NCBI GenBank assembly: GCA_963703315.1
Contig: OY969811.1
Span: 1,280,001 to 1,344,000, forward strand
Length of the DNA: 64,000 nt
DNA from: an uncultured cyanobacterium
GTDB taxonomy: Bacteria; Cyanobacteriota; Cyanobacteriia; Pseudanabaenales; Pseudanabaenaceae
Direction: 5' to 3'
The notes below the pieces were generated by a model. The model was not told the origin of the DNA. It did not search any database and worked only from the letters and a program-made list of their open reading frames with translations. Shown here piece by piece: positions 1 to 10,508 of this stretch (the first letter of the stretch is position 1; the number at the start of each line of letters is the position of its first letter). Made by a program: the position numbers and the translations under genes.

Positions 1-1422
1 CCTCTCTTCAATGCGATCGAGCAGAAGTTCCATCCGACTAGGCTTATTGAGTTGATAGACCAGAAAATCTTTTGCTTGTTGGGCTAAGGCTCCTAAAGTA
101 TTACCACGCCCTTTTGTTAGCACAATGCTTTTCACAAAGGGCTGAGCAGCCGTAGTGAAGTTGTATTCTGGGTCGAGAATTCTGGCAATGCCATCAAGAG
201 TGGTAAGGGATTTGAGAAGATAGGTCATCTGGGGTGGTAAACGGAATGGCTGTTTCTCAAAGATGGCAACGACCTCTGACTTAATCTGCTCAAACTCATA
301 GATATTGACAGGTCTTTCGGTAAAGCGATCTAAGACAAACTTTAACATCCGTTTGACAGGACTCATATCGGCGATCGGTTCAATAAAACCCATGCTCATC
401 AAAGTATCAACAACTTCATTAGTATCTTTACGCAGTACCGCAAAGAAGGTTTTGACCATCTGATCCTTTGCCATCGTTTTCACTTCCGCCATCATGCCGT
501 AATCATAAAAAATGAGGCTACCACTAGGGCTAACTGCCAAATTGCCGGGGTGAGGATCGGCATGGAAGAAGCCATCCTGAAGAAGCTGTTTGAGATAGCA
601 ACAGATGCCTAATTGATTAATTTCCCTAGGATTTAATCCGCAAGCTTCAAGGGCTTGGCGATCGTCGATTTTAATTCCTGGTACATATTCCAAGGTCAAA
701 ACCATCGAAGTGGAATATTCCCAGTAGATTTTTGGAACAACAATGCGAGGATAGCCTTCAAAATTTTTGCGAAAGCGATCGGCATTATTCCCTTCGATTA
801 CATAATCAATTTCTTGATAGAGAATGGTAAAAAACTCGTTATAAATTCCTTCTAAATTATATTTGCGTGTCCAAGAGAAATAGCGATGAAAGACTCTTAA
901 AAGTTTACCAACTGCTAGTAAATCTAGATCAAATAGTCTTTTTAACCCAGGACGTTGCACCTTAACGACGACATCTTCACCTGTGTACAAAGTTGCCCAA
1001 TGTACTTGTCCGAGGCTCGCCGCCGCCAGTGGAATTTCATCAAAATCTCGATAGATGTTATACAGCGATTTGCCAAGTTCAAGTTCAATAATTTGTCGAG
1101 CTTCTTTGGCACTAAAGGCTGGTACTTTGTCTTGGAGTTGAGCTAGTGAACTAATGTATTCGGGCGGTAAAAGATCAACACGAGTAGAGAGCGATTGACC
1201 AATTTTAATGAAGGTGGGTCCCAGTTCCAGCATATTGCGGACTAGCCATTCGGCTCTCTTGCTGCGGGTCTGGGATGTGTTGTTTTGCCAAAATCGATCC
1301 CACCAGATAAAAAACAGAAATGTGAAAGCAGCCAAAAATACTTCACGTTGACGGGCAAGTGAAGAGTTTTTATTTCTTTGCCAGCGTAGCTTTCTGGGTG
1401 GTAATTGGGCGATCGCAGACAT
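1..1422 (-). CDS. ABC1/AarF/UbiB family atypical protein kinase (3' end runs off window)
   Basis: Not in ORF track because it is truncated. Manual translation from ATG at 1422 (MSAIAQLPPRKLRWQ...) gives ABC1 motifs LGPTFIKIGQSLSTRVDLLP, AAASLGQVH, VKVQRP, DGFFHADPHPGN and YDYGM. Confidence 0.9.
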   Translation of the reverse strand, partial: MSAIAQLPPRKLRWQRNKNSSLARQREVFLAAFTFLFFIWWDRFWQNNTSQTRSKRAEWLVRNMLELGPTFIKIGQSLSTRVDLLPPEYISSLAQLQDKVPAFSAKEARQIIELELGKSLYNIYRDFDEIPLAAASLGQVHWATLYTGEDVVVKVQRPGLKRLFDLDLLAVGKLLRVFHRYFSWTRKYNLEGIYNEFFTILYQEIDYVIEGNNADRFRKNFEGYPRIVVPKIYWEYSTSMVLTLEYVPGIKIDDRQALEACGLNPREINQLGICCYLKQLLQDGFFHADPHPGNLAVSPSGSLIFYDYGMMAEVKTMAKDQMVKTFFAVLRKDTNEVVDTLMSMGFIEPIADMSPVKRMLKFVLDRFTERPVNIYEFEQIKSEVVAIFEKQPFRLPPQMTYLLKSLTTLDGIARILDPEYNFTTAAQPFVKSIVLTKGRGNTLGALAQQAKDFLVYQLNKPSRMELLLDRIEER

Positions 1423-1498
1423 ATTTTGTCAATGGTGACTATGCTAATTAGCATTGCTGTGTTTATATTACCCAATTAACGCTTAATACCAAAACTAA

Positions 1499-1547
1499 AA
1501 ATGAAAAGAGAGAGGCAGCGCGAAGCGCTGCCTCTCTCTTTTCATTT
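1499..1547. repeat. Perfect 23-bp-stem hairpin with C-GAA-G loop
   Basis: aaatgaaaagagagaggcagcgc-gaa-gcgctgcctctctcttttcattt, between divergent genes. Confidence 0.9.
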
Positions 1548-1696
1548 CGTAGTTAGCGATCGCTATACAACAAAATTGACAAGACTTTGCTATGGTTATT
1601 TTGGTTGGCGATCGCCAGAATATGCCAAATGCCAAGCCCTAAAAGTGAAACTTTGGCGCAAACTTTATACCTGTATCATTCCTATGAGGTAATCCA

Positions 1697-2395
1697 ATGG
1701 GTGAAATCACCAGAGATGAAATTCGCGAACGTTTAGGCAATATCGATCAAATTCGCGATATCATTTTCGGCGCACATTTGCGCGAGTACAATAGCCGCTT
1801 AGACAAAGCAGAAGCTGATATTTCGGGAATTCAGCAAGATGTCCGCGATCGCCTTAACGACTTAAAGTTAACTTTAGCTAATGAGTTACGCACCGCCGTT
1901 GAGTCCATCGACAAGCGTCTAAAAACGATTAGTACCTCAGCCCAAGAAGAAGCTGCTGACCTGCGTCAACAGTTTGATCGCATTAATCGTAAGTTTACTA
2001 ATAGTATCGAAACCCTAGATGAGACTGTGGAAGCGCAAAGAATTGCTTTGCGCGATGAACTTGCTCAAACTAGAGATAGTCTGCAAAATGATAACCGTGA
2101 ACTGCGATCGCTAGTTTTAGAAGAACTAGATCGGCATTTCTCGATTTTGCGTGAAGACAAGCTCTCCAAGGATGATTTAGCGGAATTGCTATTTGAGTTA
2201 GGTATGAGACTCAAGGGGTCAGAGTTTGTGCCTGAGCTACGTGAAGCTGCTGAAGAACACGTGGAAGAAAAGTATGAGCGAGTTAATATCCTTGAATCTG
2301 AGCCGCCAAAACTTGAGCGGTCTTCTTCGTTGAGTTCAGATACAACGGCAACAAGTGCTGCAAAAAGTTCATCGCGCACTAAGGCTAAACCATAA
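1697..2395 (+). CDS. Coiled-coil hypothetical protein
   Basis: 232-aa ORF, gaggt SD-like site upstream, heptad-rich helical sequence with N-terminal IDQIRDIIFG motif. Confidence 0.75.
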   Translation: MGEITRDEIRERLGNIDQIRDIIFGAHLREYNSRLDKAEADISGIQQDVRDRLNDLKLTLANELRTAVESIDKRLKTISTSAQEEAADLRQQFDRINRKFTNSIETLDETVEAQRIALRDELAQTRDSLQNDNRELRSLVLEELDRHFSILREDKLSKDDLAELLFELGMRLKGSEFVPELREAAEEHVEEKYERVNILESEPPKLERSSSLSSDTTATSAAKSSSRTKAKP

Positions 2396-2460
2396 CATCT
2401 TTGTATTCTAAAGATGTTATGGTCATCATCTACTCGCACTCTTGATGATTTACAACCACA

Positions 2461-2650
2461 AACCTGTAGGGGTAGAGCATTTTCGCCAATGTTTCATACT
2501 TTCCGCACCTCATCTCAAAACGCAAATGCTCTACCCTTTTCACTCATCGATAAATTGTCCCTGCGTTGCGAGATTGGGGCATAGCATTCCCAAAGTAAAA
2601 TAATCTAAAAATTTATGGGTTTCTTTGGGAATGCTATGCCCCTACAGGTT
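2461..2650. repeat. GTAG-REP/REPIN-like composite element (two inverted doublets)
   Basis: Outer IR aacctgtaggggtagagcatt / aatgctatgcccctacaggtt (19/21); inner doublets at 2466-2538 and 2576-2645. Confidence 0.8.
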
Positions 2651-2711
2651 GATCATTGAGAGCGCGAATAATTCCTGTACAGGTTTTGGTCTACTTAGCA
2701 ATTTGATCCAG

Positions 2712-4139
2712 ATGGCGAAAGCGAAAACTCGATATGTTTGTAATAACTGTGGGGCAGACTTTCCGCAAATGTATGGAAAATGCCCTGACTGCTCTAGTTG
2801 GGGAACCTTACAAGAAGAAATTATTGCTAGTGTTCCTGCAAATAGTACCAACGCGATCGCCACATTTTCCCATCTTGGTACAGCCAAATCTTCGGGCAAA
2901 GCGAAAGCGCGAGAATCCTTAACCCTTTCGCAAATTACCGACAATCAACAGGCGCGATCGCCCTCTGGTTATGAAGAACTGGATCGGGTGTTAGGTGGTG
3001 GGATCGTTGCAGGATCGTTAGTACTGATCGGTGGTGAACCAGGGATTGGGAAAAGTACGCTCTTGCTGGGCATGGCGCAAAAATTGATGACGCGCTATCC
3101 GACTCTCTATGTTTGTGCCGAGGAGTCCGCGCAACAGGTAAAACTGCGATCGCAACGGTTAGGCATCTTAGAAGAGAATTCTGATGATTTATATTTATTG
3201 GCAGAAACCGATCTGGAAACAGTACTGCGAGAATTACAGTCACTCCGCCCGAAAGTTGCTGTCATTGATAGTATTCAAGCGCTCTATTTCTCCAACTTAA
3301 ATGCTGCCCCTGGTTCCGTCTCGCAAGTGAGAGAATGTACGGCGGCGCTGATGCGTGTCGCCAAGCGCGAGCATATCTCGCTATTTATTGTTGGTCATGT
3401 GACTAAGGAAGGGGCGATCGCTGGACCAAAGGTGTTAGAACACATGGTCGATACGGTTTTGTATTTTGAAGGCGATCGCTTTGCCACCCATCGGCTCTTG
3501 CGATCGGTCAAAAATCGCTTTGGAGCAACGCAGGAAATCGGTGTATTTGAAATGATTGATCGCGGCTTGCGCGAAGTTTCTAACCCTTCCGAATTATTTC
3601 TCGGTAATCGTGATGAATCTGTCCCTGGAACCGCCACAATCGTTGCCTGTGAAGGAACGCGCCCGATTGTCGTAGAGTTGCAAGCCCTCGTCAGTCCCAC
3701 CAGTTATTCTTCACCCCGCCGTACTACCACAGGCATCGAAACCAATCGCTTTCTGCAAATTCTCGCCGTTCTCGAAAAACGGATTGGCATTCCCCTATCC
3801 AAGCTTGATGCTTATGTTGCCTCGGCAGGGGGCTTAAATGTGGCGGAACCTGCGGTGGATCTGGGGGTGGCGATCGCGGTGGCGGCGAGTTTTCGCGATC
3901 GCACAGTCGATCCGCGTACAGTGCTAATTGGTGAAGTGGGTTTAGGTGGACAGGTGCGCCCTGTTCCCCAGTTGGATTTGCGATTAAAAGAAGCCGCGAA
4001 ATTAGGCTTTAAACGGGCGATAATTCCCAGTATGCAAGTGATGCAAAATTATGGAATGGAAGTAGTACCTGTCACTAAAGTGCTAGATGCGATCGTGGCG
4101 GCGCTACCCCGTACTAAATTTGAGGAACCTAGCTCATGA
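2712..4139 (+). CDS. radA: DNA repair protein RadA/Sms
   Basis: CxxC...CxxC zinc finger, Walker A GEPGIGKST, KNRFG motif, Lon-like C-terminus. True start is probably ATG 2712 (MAKAKTRY); the ORF-track extension to 2625 lies in the REP repeat. Confidence 0.97.
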   Translation: MAKAKTRYVCNNCGADFPQMYGKCPDCSSWGTLQEEIIASVPANSTNAIATFSHLGTAKSSGKAKARESLTLSQITDNQQARSPSGYEELDRVLGGGIVAGSLVLIGGEPGIGKSTLLLGMAQKLMTRYPTLYVCAEESAQQVKLRSQRLGILEENSDDLYLLAETDLETVLRELQSLRPKVAVIDSIQALYFSNLNAAPGSVSQVRECTAALMRVAKREHISLFIVGHVTKEGAIAGPKVLEHMVDTVLYFEGDRFATHRLLRSVKNRFGATQEIGVFEMIDRGLREVSNPSELFLGNRDESVPGTATIVACEGTRPIVVELQALVSPTSYSSPRRTTTGIETNRFLQILAVLEKRIGIPLSKLDAYVASAGGLNVAEPAVDLGVAIAVAASFRDRTVDPRTVLIGEVGLGGQVRPVPQLDLRLKEAAKLGFKRAIIPSMQVMQNYGMEVVPVTKVLDAIVAALPRTKFEEPSS

Positions 4140-7100
4140 GCGCTAATAATAATATACAAAATATAAACATTAAAAAATGGCAGTTCTGGATTGATCGCGG
4201 TGGTACATTTACCGATATTGTCGCGCAAGATCCCAAGGGGGAGATCGTCTTGCATAAATTACTTTCTGATAATCCTGATCGCTATACCGATGCACCAATC
4301 CAAGGCATCCGCGATATTTTAGGTATTTCTCAAAGTGAAGCAATTCCCATTGAGCAAATAGCCGCCATTAAAATGGGAACAACAGTGGCAACCAATGCTC
4401 TTTTAGAACGCAAAGGCGATCGCACCGTTCTGGTGATTACCAAGGGCTTTCGAGATGCTTTAAGAATTGGCTATCAGCATCGTCCCAATATTTTTGCGCG
4501 TCATATTGTTCTGCCCGAAATGCTCTATGAACAAGTAATTGAAGTAGAAGAGAGATATAGCGCTCATGGAGAAGTTCTTATTCCCTTAAATGAGAAATTG
4601 GCTGTCAGAGAATTACAAAAAGCCTATAATCTGGGAATTAGGGCTTGCGCGATCGCCTTAATGCATAGTTATCGCTATCCACACCATGAGCAGCGTTTAG
4701 CCAAGATTGCCAAGCAAATTGGCTTTACACAGGTTTCCGTATCCCACGAAATTAGTTCCTTAATTAAATTTATTAGTCGTGGTGATACTACTGTTGTTGA
4801 TGCCTATCTATCCCCAATTCTCAAACGTTATGTAGATCGCGTTAGTACGGAACTAGGAGAAGTATCACTCAGTGATACTTCTCCTAAATTAATGTTCATG
4901 CAATCTAATGGTGGACTGACGGAAGCAAAATCTTTTCAAGGCAAAAATAGTATTCTCTCAGGTCCCGCAGGGGGTATTGTCGGGGCTGTGCAAACTAGTT
5001 TGCAAGCAGGTTTTGAGAAAATCATTAGCTTCGATATGGGAGGCACTTCAACCGATGTTGCCCATTATGCTGGCAGCTATGAGCGATCGCTATCCACAGA
5101 AGTCGCAGGGGTGAGGCTGAGTACACCGATGATGGCAATCCATACGGTAGCGGCGGGTGGTGGTTCGTTACTATTTTTTGATGGCGCTAGATATCGCGTG
5201 GGACCTGAATCGGCGGGAGCTTTTCCCGGTCCTGCTTGCTATCGCAATGGTGGAGAGCTAGCCGTAACAGATTGCAATGTGATGTTAGGGAAGTTGCAGC
5301 CTGATTTCTTCCCTAAAGTATTTGGAAAGGATGGAAATCTGCCCCTTGATCGCGAAATAGTAGTTCAGAAATTTACGGAATTAGCTCAAACCATTAGCCA
5401 AGCCACAGGACAGCCAGTTTTACCTGAAGTAGTCGCTCAAGGCTTTCTAGAAATTGCCGTTGAAAAAATGGCGATGGCAATCAAAAAGATATCGGTACAG
5501 CGTGGCTATGATGTATCAGAATATGTGCTGTGTTGCTTTGGTGGTGCGGGTGGGCAACACGCCTGTGCGATCGCTGATGTCTTAGGGATGACCCAAATTT
5601 TTATTCATCCCTACGCAGGAGTACTATCTGCCTATGGGATTGGTTTAGCAGATATTCGCACAATTCGCGATCGCTCGGTTGAGTCAGAACTCAATTTAGA
5701 ATTACTAGAAGAGTTAGAAACGATTGCCAAATTACTAAGCGAAGATGGTCAGACTGAGATTTTGCAAGGAAATGCTGATGGTGAATTACAGATCGAAACC
5801 AGTTTGCGATTGCGCTATGTTGGCACTGATTCTGCCCTCACCGTGACGCTTCCCAATCCCTTAAGCTTCCATTCACAGTCAATCTTAGAGTTTTTGCAAA
5901 CCAGTTTTGAAACTTTACATAAGGAAAGATATGGCTTTATTTTTGCCGATAAAGTCCTGATCGTGGAAGCGATCGCCATAGAAACAATTGTTTCAAAGAA
6001 AAAAGAAAGGAGCCAACAGCTAACAGCTAATAGCCAAAAGCTGCTAACAGCTAAACAAACACTCAATGTCTATATGTCTAACGAATGGCGTGAGACTCCT
6101 GTATTTCGGCGGGAAGATTTGCGGGTAGGCGATCGCATTCAGGGGGCGGCGTTGATTATTGATGCGACGGGAACTAATGCGATCGAGCCTAATTGGGAAG
6201 CAGAATTGATGGAGGATAATTCTTTGATCTTGCGGAGATTCCCCCCAGCCCCCCTTAATAAGGGGGGAGAAGAGGTTCTTCAAATCCCCCTTATTAAGGG
6301 GGATTTAGGGGGATCTCGTCCTGATCCGATTAAATTGGAAATATTTAATAATCTCTTTCAATCTATCGCTGAGCAGATGGGATTTACGCTGCAAAATACT
6401 AGTGCTAGCGTGAATATTCGTGAGCGTTTAGATTTTTCCTGTGCAATCTTCGATCACGCAGGGGAACTAGTTGCTAATGCACCACATATTCCTGTGCATC
6501 TTGGCTCGATGGGTGAAAGTGTGAAAGCTTTAATAGGCGATCGCGGCAATGACATCCATGTAGGAGATGTTTTCGCGACCAATAATCCCTACAATGGCGG
6601 GACGCATTTACCTGATATCACGGTGATTACGCCTGTTTTTATTGAGACAAGTAATCAGCCAACTTTTTATGTTGCCTCACGCGGACATCATGCCGATATT
6701 GGCGGGATTACCCCCGGCTCAATGCCTTCTCACAGCACTAGCATTGAAGAAGAAGGGATTCTCTTTAATAATTTTCAGCTTGTCAAAAACGGCAAATTCT
6801 GTGAATCTGAAACCCTTGTTTTACTTACTTCCAGTCCATATCCAGCCCGTAATCCTGCTCAAAATATGGCAGACTTACAAGCCCAAATTGCCGCAAATGA
6901 ATGTGGTGCAAAGGAATTGCAACGGATGGTAGCCCATTACGGAGTAACCACCGTGCAAGCCTATATGGGCTATGTGCGCGATAATGCTGAATTAGCGATT
7001 CGGAAAGCGATCGCTCAGCTATCCCAAACTTGGAATCAGGAAACTGAGCGCAAATTTATCTATCCTATTGATAATGGCAGCCAGATTGCCGTATCGGTAA

Positions 7101-7864
7101 GTTTAAATCCGAGCGATCGCACCGCTAAAATTGACTTTACAGGAACTTCCGCCCAACTCACGAATAACTTTAATGCTCCCCTCGCAGTCTGTAAAGCAGT
7201 CGTATTGTACGTTTTTCGCACGCTCGTTGATGATGAGATTCCTTTAAATGCTGGTTGTCTCGTACCGTTAGAAATCATTGTGCCTGACAGTTCGCTGCTC
7301 AATCCTACTTATCCTGCGGCGGTAGTGGCGGGCAATGTGGAGACATCACAGGCGATCGCCAATGCTTTGTATGGTGCGCTAGGAGTTATGGCAGCATCCC
7401 AAGGCACGATGAATAATTTCACCTTTGGTAGCGATCGCTATCAATATTACGAAACGATTTGTGGTGGATCAGGTGCGGGTATTGACTTTGACGGCACTAG
7501 TGCCATTCAAACGCAGATGACTAATTCGCGACTGACCGATCCTGAGATTCTAGAATGGCGATTTCCTGTACTTTTAGAAGACTTTGCAATTCGGGCGAAT
7601 AGCGGTGGTGATGGCAAACACAAAGGCGGAAATGGGGTGATCCGTCGGATTAAGTTTCTGGAACCAATGACCGCCGCCATTTTATCCAGTAGTCGAGTAA
7701 TTCCACCTTTCGGATTGAATGGTGGCGCATTGGGGATGGTGGGACGTAATTATGTAATCAGAAATGATGGCGCGATCGCTGAATTACCAAGTACCGCCAC
7801 AGTCCAAATGGAAGCTGGCGATACCTTTGTGATTGAAACTCCGGGTGGCGGCGGCTATGGATAA
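4136..7864 (+). CDS. 5-oxoprolinase (ATP-hydrolysing), fused hydantoinase A/B
   Basis: [33 protein letters not shown] and TPGGGGYG motifs; ATGA overlap with the radA stop. Confidence 0.95.
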   Translation: MSANNNIQNINIKKWQFWIDRGGTFTDIVAQDPKGEIVLHKLLSDNPDRYTDAPIQGIRDILGISQSEAIPIEQIAAIKMGTTVATNALLERKGDRTVLVITKGFRDALRIGYQHRPNIFARHIVLPEMLYEQVIEVEERYSAHGEVLIPLNEKLAVRELQKAYNLGIRACAIALMHSYRYPHHEQRLAKIAKQIGFTQVSVSHEISSLIKFISRGDTTVVDAYLSPILKRYVDRVSTELGEVSLSDTSPKLMFMQSNGGLTEAKSFQGKNSILSGPAGGIVGAVQTSLQAGFEKIISFDMGGTSTDVAHYAGSYERSLSTEVAGVRLSTPMMAIHTVAAGGGSLLFFDGARYRVGPESAGAFPGPACYRNGGELAVTDCNVMLGKLQPDFFPKVFGKDGNLPLDREIVVQKFTELAQTISQATGQPVLPEVVAQGFLEIAVEKMAMAIKKISVQRGYDVSEYVLCCFGGAGGQHACAIADVLGMTQIFIHPYAGVLSAYGIGLADIRTIRDRSVESELNLELLEELETIAKLLSEDGQTEILQGNADGELQIETSLRLRYVGTDSALTVTLPNPLSFHSQSILEFLQTSFETLHKERYGFIFADKVLIVEAIAIETIVSKKKERSQQLTANSQKLLTAKQTLNVYMSNEWRETPVFRREDLRVGDRIQGAALIIDATGTNAIEPNWEAELMEDNSLILRRFPPAPLNKGGEEVLQIPLIKGDLGGSRPDPIKLEIFNNLFQSIAEQMGFTLQNTSASVNIRERLDFSCAIFDHAGELVANAPHIPVHLGSMGESVKALIGDRGNDIHVGDVFATNNPYNGGTHLPDITVITPVFIETSNQPTFYVASRGHHADIGGITPGSMPSHSTSIEEEGILFNNFQLVKNGKFCESETLVLLTSSPYPARNPAQNMADLQAQIAANECGAKELQRMVAHYGVTTVQAYMGYVRDNAELAIRKAIAQLSQTWNQETERKFIYPIDNGSQIAVSVSLNPSDRTAKIDFTGTSAQLTNNFNAPLAVCKAVVLYVFRTLVDDEIPLNAGCLVPLEIIVPDSSLLNPTYPAAVVAGNVETSQAIANALYGALGVMAASQGTMNNFTFGSDRYQYYETICGGSGAGIDFDGTSAIQTQMTNSRLTDPEILEWRFPVLLEDFAIRANSGGDGKHKGGNGVIRRIKFLEPMTAAILSSSRVIPPFGLNGGALGMVGRNYVIRNDGAIAELPSTATVQMEAGDTFVIETPGGGGYG
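6011..6055 (+). repeat. In-frame heptamer tandem repeat (AGCYAAN)
   Basis: agccaac agctaac agctaat agccaaa agctgct aac agctaaa. Confidence 0.7.
6236..6316. repeat. 81-bp in-frame palindromic dispersed repeat inside the oxoprolinase gene
   Basis: ccccccttaataagggggg ... cccccttattaaggggg-atttagggggatct; encodes [27 protein letters not shown]. Confidence 0.8.
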
Positions 7865-7894
7865 AGTAAGGGCAACATGAGTTGCCCTTACTTT
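7863..7894. terminator. REP-like hairpin, probable bidirectional terminator
   Basis: aaagtaagggcaac-atga-gttgcccttacttt between convergent stop codons. Confidence 0.7.
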
Positions 7895-9568
7895 TTAATT
7901 GTCTTGGCGCACAATTCGATTCTCGATTTTTACCTGTAACGGAGAACTGGTACTGATATATTCAGCGATCGCATCAGACAATAAATAACCCGTCTCCAGC
8001 AAGTTTTTTCCTTCAGCAAAAGCACTATAGCCATCACCACCAGAAGCGAGAAAATTATTCGTGGCTACTCGATACATCGTTTGGGGATTCAATAATTGGA
8101 AGTTACCTGATTCGTCTTTAACTTCTACTTTGGTGACGCGCTTCCCTACTGGTAATTTTAGATCCCATACAAAGCGGATTCCTGCCACTTGTGGAAATCT
8201 TCCTTCTTCTTGTTCAGCAGCACTGACACCATGTTCTAAAGCTGCTTTTAGTTGTTTACCAGTTAACTCGACTCTGGTAATGGTGTTACCAAATGGAAGT
8301 ACTTCGAGGACATTGCCCATCGTAATATCACCCATAGGCAAACCATTGCGAATCCCACCAGCATTAATGATCACAGCCTGAACGCGATCGCCTTTGGTCT
8401 TTGCCAGAATTCCATCCGCAATCAAATTTCCTATACTGGTTTCGCTAGTTCGTAATTTAATGCGATCGCCATCAAGAGGAGTTAAGGATTTACCAATAAT
8501 TTTCTGACGTAATGCCTCAATTGGTGCAGAGTATGCCTTGAGCTTTGTCTCAAATTCTCGATTGGGAGTAATACTTGCATCAATGGTATGGGGTTTTCCT
8601 GCCCAAGTAATCAACTTGCCACCACGATCAAAGCTCACCGATAAGTCCCCTAAATATTTACCCCATTCCCAATCTGTAACTACTAAAACAGGTTCCTTTG
8701 TACCATTCTTTTCCACTAATGGATAGGGATAATTGGCATTGGGAATATTGCCAACAGGGGTATGGCTATGAGCGCCAACGATGATATCGATATCAGGAAC
8801 CTGTTGCGCCAATGTCACATCATTCTCAAAGCCAATGTGAGTCAGGGCAATAATTTTATTAATGCCTTGCTGCTTGAGATCTCGAACCGATGTTCTTGCC
8901 GCCGCGATCGGGTCAGTAAACTTTACTCCTTCACCAACGCTGGATAAAATTGCGGTGTCTGGAGTTGTCAAACCAAAGATGCCAATCTTTTCGCCTTTGA
9001 CATCGAGAATCTGCCAAGGACGAATTTTGCCGTAAAGTGGCGATGTCGGTGCGATATCCAAGTTAGCGGAAATAAGTGGAAACTTCGCTTTGTCTAAGAA
9101 ATCAGCAAGCACCTGTTGACCGCGATCAAACTCATGATTGCCAATCGTACCTGCATCGTAGGCAAGAGCATTATAAAAATCAAGATCCGCTTGTCCGAGA
9201 TATTGATTGAAATAGAGGGTTCCCTGAAAGATATCCCCTGCATCCAATAGCAATAAGGGTTCCTGATTAGTTCTGCTCTCAGCCCGAATTTGGTCAACCA
9301 AGGTACGGCGGCGGGCAATCCCACCCAGCAAGCGATCGCCAGATTTCACAGGTTCTAAATGAGCATGATGATCATTGGTGTGCAGAATCCGAAGGGAGAA
9401 GCGACTTTCTTGGGCGATGCTTTGTAAGACTTGCGGTGTAGCGATCGCAATTACAAAAGTAATACTAAATACGAGCAAGATATACAGCGATCGCCTTAAA
9501 GATTTTGTTAGATACTTTTGTTTTTTAGCGTAATCGGCGATCGCCTTCAAAATATTCATCACTTTCAT
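7895..9568 (-). CDS. Bifunctional metallophosphatase/5'-nucleotidase (UshA-like), exported
   Basis: LHTNDHH, LDAGD, GNHEFD, HSHT and NAGGIR motifs; N-terminal hydrophobic segment. Confidence 0.93.
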   Translation of the reverse strand: MKVMNILKAIADYAKKQKYLTKSLRRSLYILLVFSITFVIAIATPQVLQSIAQESRFSLRILHTNDHHAHLEPVKSGDRLLGGIARRRTLVDQIRAESRTNQEPLLLLDAGDIFQGTLYFNQYLGQADLDFYNALAYDAGTIGNHEFDRGQQVLADFLDKAKFPLISANLDIAPTSPLYGKIRPWQILDVKGEKIGIFGLTTPDTAILSSVGEGVKFTDPIAAARTSVRDLKQQGINKIIALTHIGFENDVTLAQQVPDIDIIVGAHSHTPVGNIPNANYPYPLVEKNGTKEPVLVVTDWEWGKYLGDLSVSFDRGGKLITWAGKPHTIDASITPNREFETKLKAYSAPIEALRQKIIGKSLTPLDGDRIKLRTSETSIGNLIADGILAKTKGDRVQAVIINAGGIRNGLPMGDITMGNVLEVLPFGNTITRVELTGKQLKAALEHGVSAAEQEEGRFPQVAGIRFVWDLKLPVGKRVTKVEVKDESGNFQLLNPQTMYRVATNNFLASGGDGYSAFAEGKNLLETGYLLSDAIAEYISTSSPLQVKIENRIVRQDN

Positions 9569-9593
9569 TAAGTACCTCAGTATTATTAAAAGC

Positions 9594-9635
9594 CAGTTTT
9601 AAAACCTGTGGCGTACGCCACAGGTTTTAAAACTG
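9594..9635. repeat. 42-bp perfect palindrome, degenerate member of the 12247/18906 MITE family
   Basis: cagttttaaaacctgtggcgtacgccacaggttttaaaactg; shares aaaacctgtggcg...cgccacaggtttt and an upstream taagta..attaaaa with that family. Confidence 0.8.
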
Positions 9636-9642
9636 ACTTATT

Positions 9643-10338
9643 CTATGGTTGATTATTAAATTCACTAGTAGTTACAATTTCTTGCGATCGCAGATCAACT
9701 TCCGTAGCTTTGAGATTTTTTGAAGATTGATACAATATGTCTAAGCGGTTGTTCTTAATCGCAGAAACACCGTTAAATTGATCAACTTGATCGATCAATA
9801 CTTTAAATCGCAACCCTGACGCATCAGAGATGGCGATACTTTTTTGATCAGCATCATTAATTCGTTGATCATTATTGGTATCTTTGTCCACAACTAGATA
9901 GAGATAAGCAATGGTGGGTAGAGGCTTTTCGGTCAGATTACGCTCATTTAGATTGGGTAAAGCCGTCATTGATAAGATTAAGCCTTCATTTTTTGGTCTC
10001 AGCCAATAAGACACCTTTTGATTTGGATTATAAAAAATGTAATTTTGAACAGAATTAGACTCCTTAGAGCTGGCTCTATAGTCATACTCTTGGAGCAGAG
10101 AAAGAGGAGCCTTGATGATATCTGTTCCCGAAATCTGCTCAAAATTTCCAATTACTGTCTTGCTTTTGACTGCATCATCTTTTACATTGACGATATTCCT
10201 GACTTCCTGTGTGCGCGTGACTTGTCGAAATGTAGACCAAGCTCCCAAAGCCAATCCAGCAGTAGATAGAAGTCCAGCAATCAAAATAATTACAGCGTTA
10301 ACGCGCCAAATGTAACTGAAGAATTGACGTGATTTCAT
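9643..10338 (-). CDS. Hypothetical membrane-anchored protein
   Basis: 231-aa ORF, one N-terminal TM helix, DTNNDQRINDAD Ca-binding-like loop. Confidence 0.75.
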   Translation of the reverse strand: MKSRQFFSYIWRVNAVIILIAGLLSTAGLALGAWSTFRQVTRTQEVRNIVNVKDDAVKSKTVIGNFEQISGTDIIKAPLSLLQEYDYRASSKESNSVQNYIFYNPNQKVSYWLRPKNEGLILSMTALPNLNERNLTEKPLPTIAYLYLVVDKDTNNDQRINDADQKSIAISDASGLRFKVLIDQVDQFNGVSAIKNNRLDILYQSSKNLKATEVDLRSQEIVTTSEFNNQP

Positions 10339-10351
10339 ATTTTTGCTTATT

Positions 10352-10466
10352 TATAGCTATAGCCATTTTAGTTAAGACATAAAACCCAAAAGAGAGTTGC
10401 GGCGCTACGCGCCGCAACTCTCTTTTGGGTTTTGGTTTTGTCCTAACATAACTGGCTACCGCTATA
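10352..10466. mobile_element. IS630-type MITE with central triloop hairpin
   Basis: Ends tatagctatagcca...tggctaccgctata match the TIRs of the IS630 at 27325-28280 (28/33 and 23/27 nt); 25-bp stem at 10381-10433 with loop tac (GTA on minus strand). Confidence 0.85.
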
Positions 10467-10508
10467 CAATGGTTATTTAGGGATTGACCTTGTAATTTTT
10501 CTAAAAAC

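Noticed and set aside
655..1692. Short ORFs 655-855, 955-1146, 1242-1475 and 1501-1692
   Set aside because: Shadows of the ABC1 kinase gene or readings through a hairpin repeat; no recognisable motifs.
2625..2711. N-terminal extension of RadA in the ORF track
   Set aside because: It starts inside the REP-like repeat; the RadA zinc finger begins just after ATG 2712.
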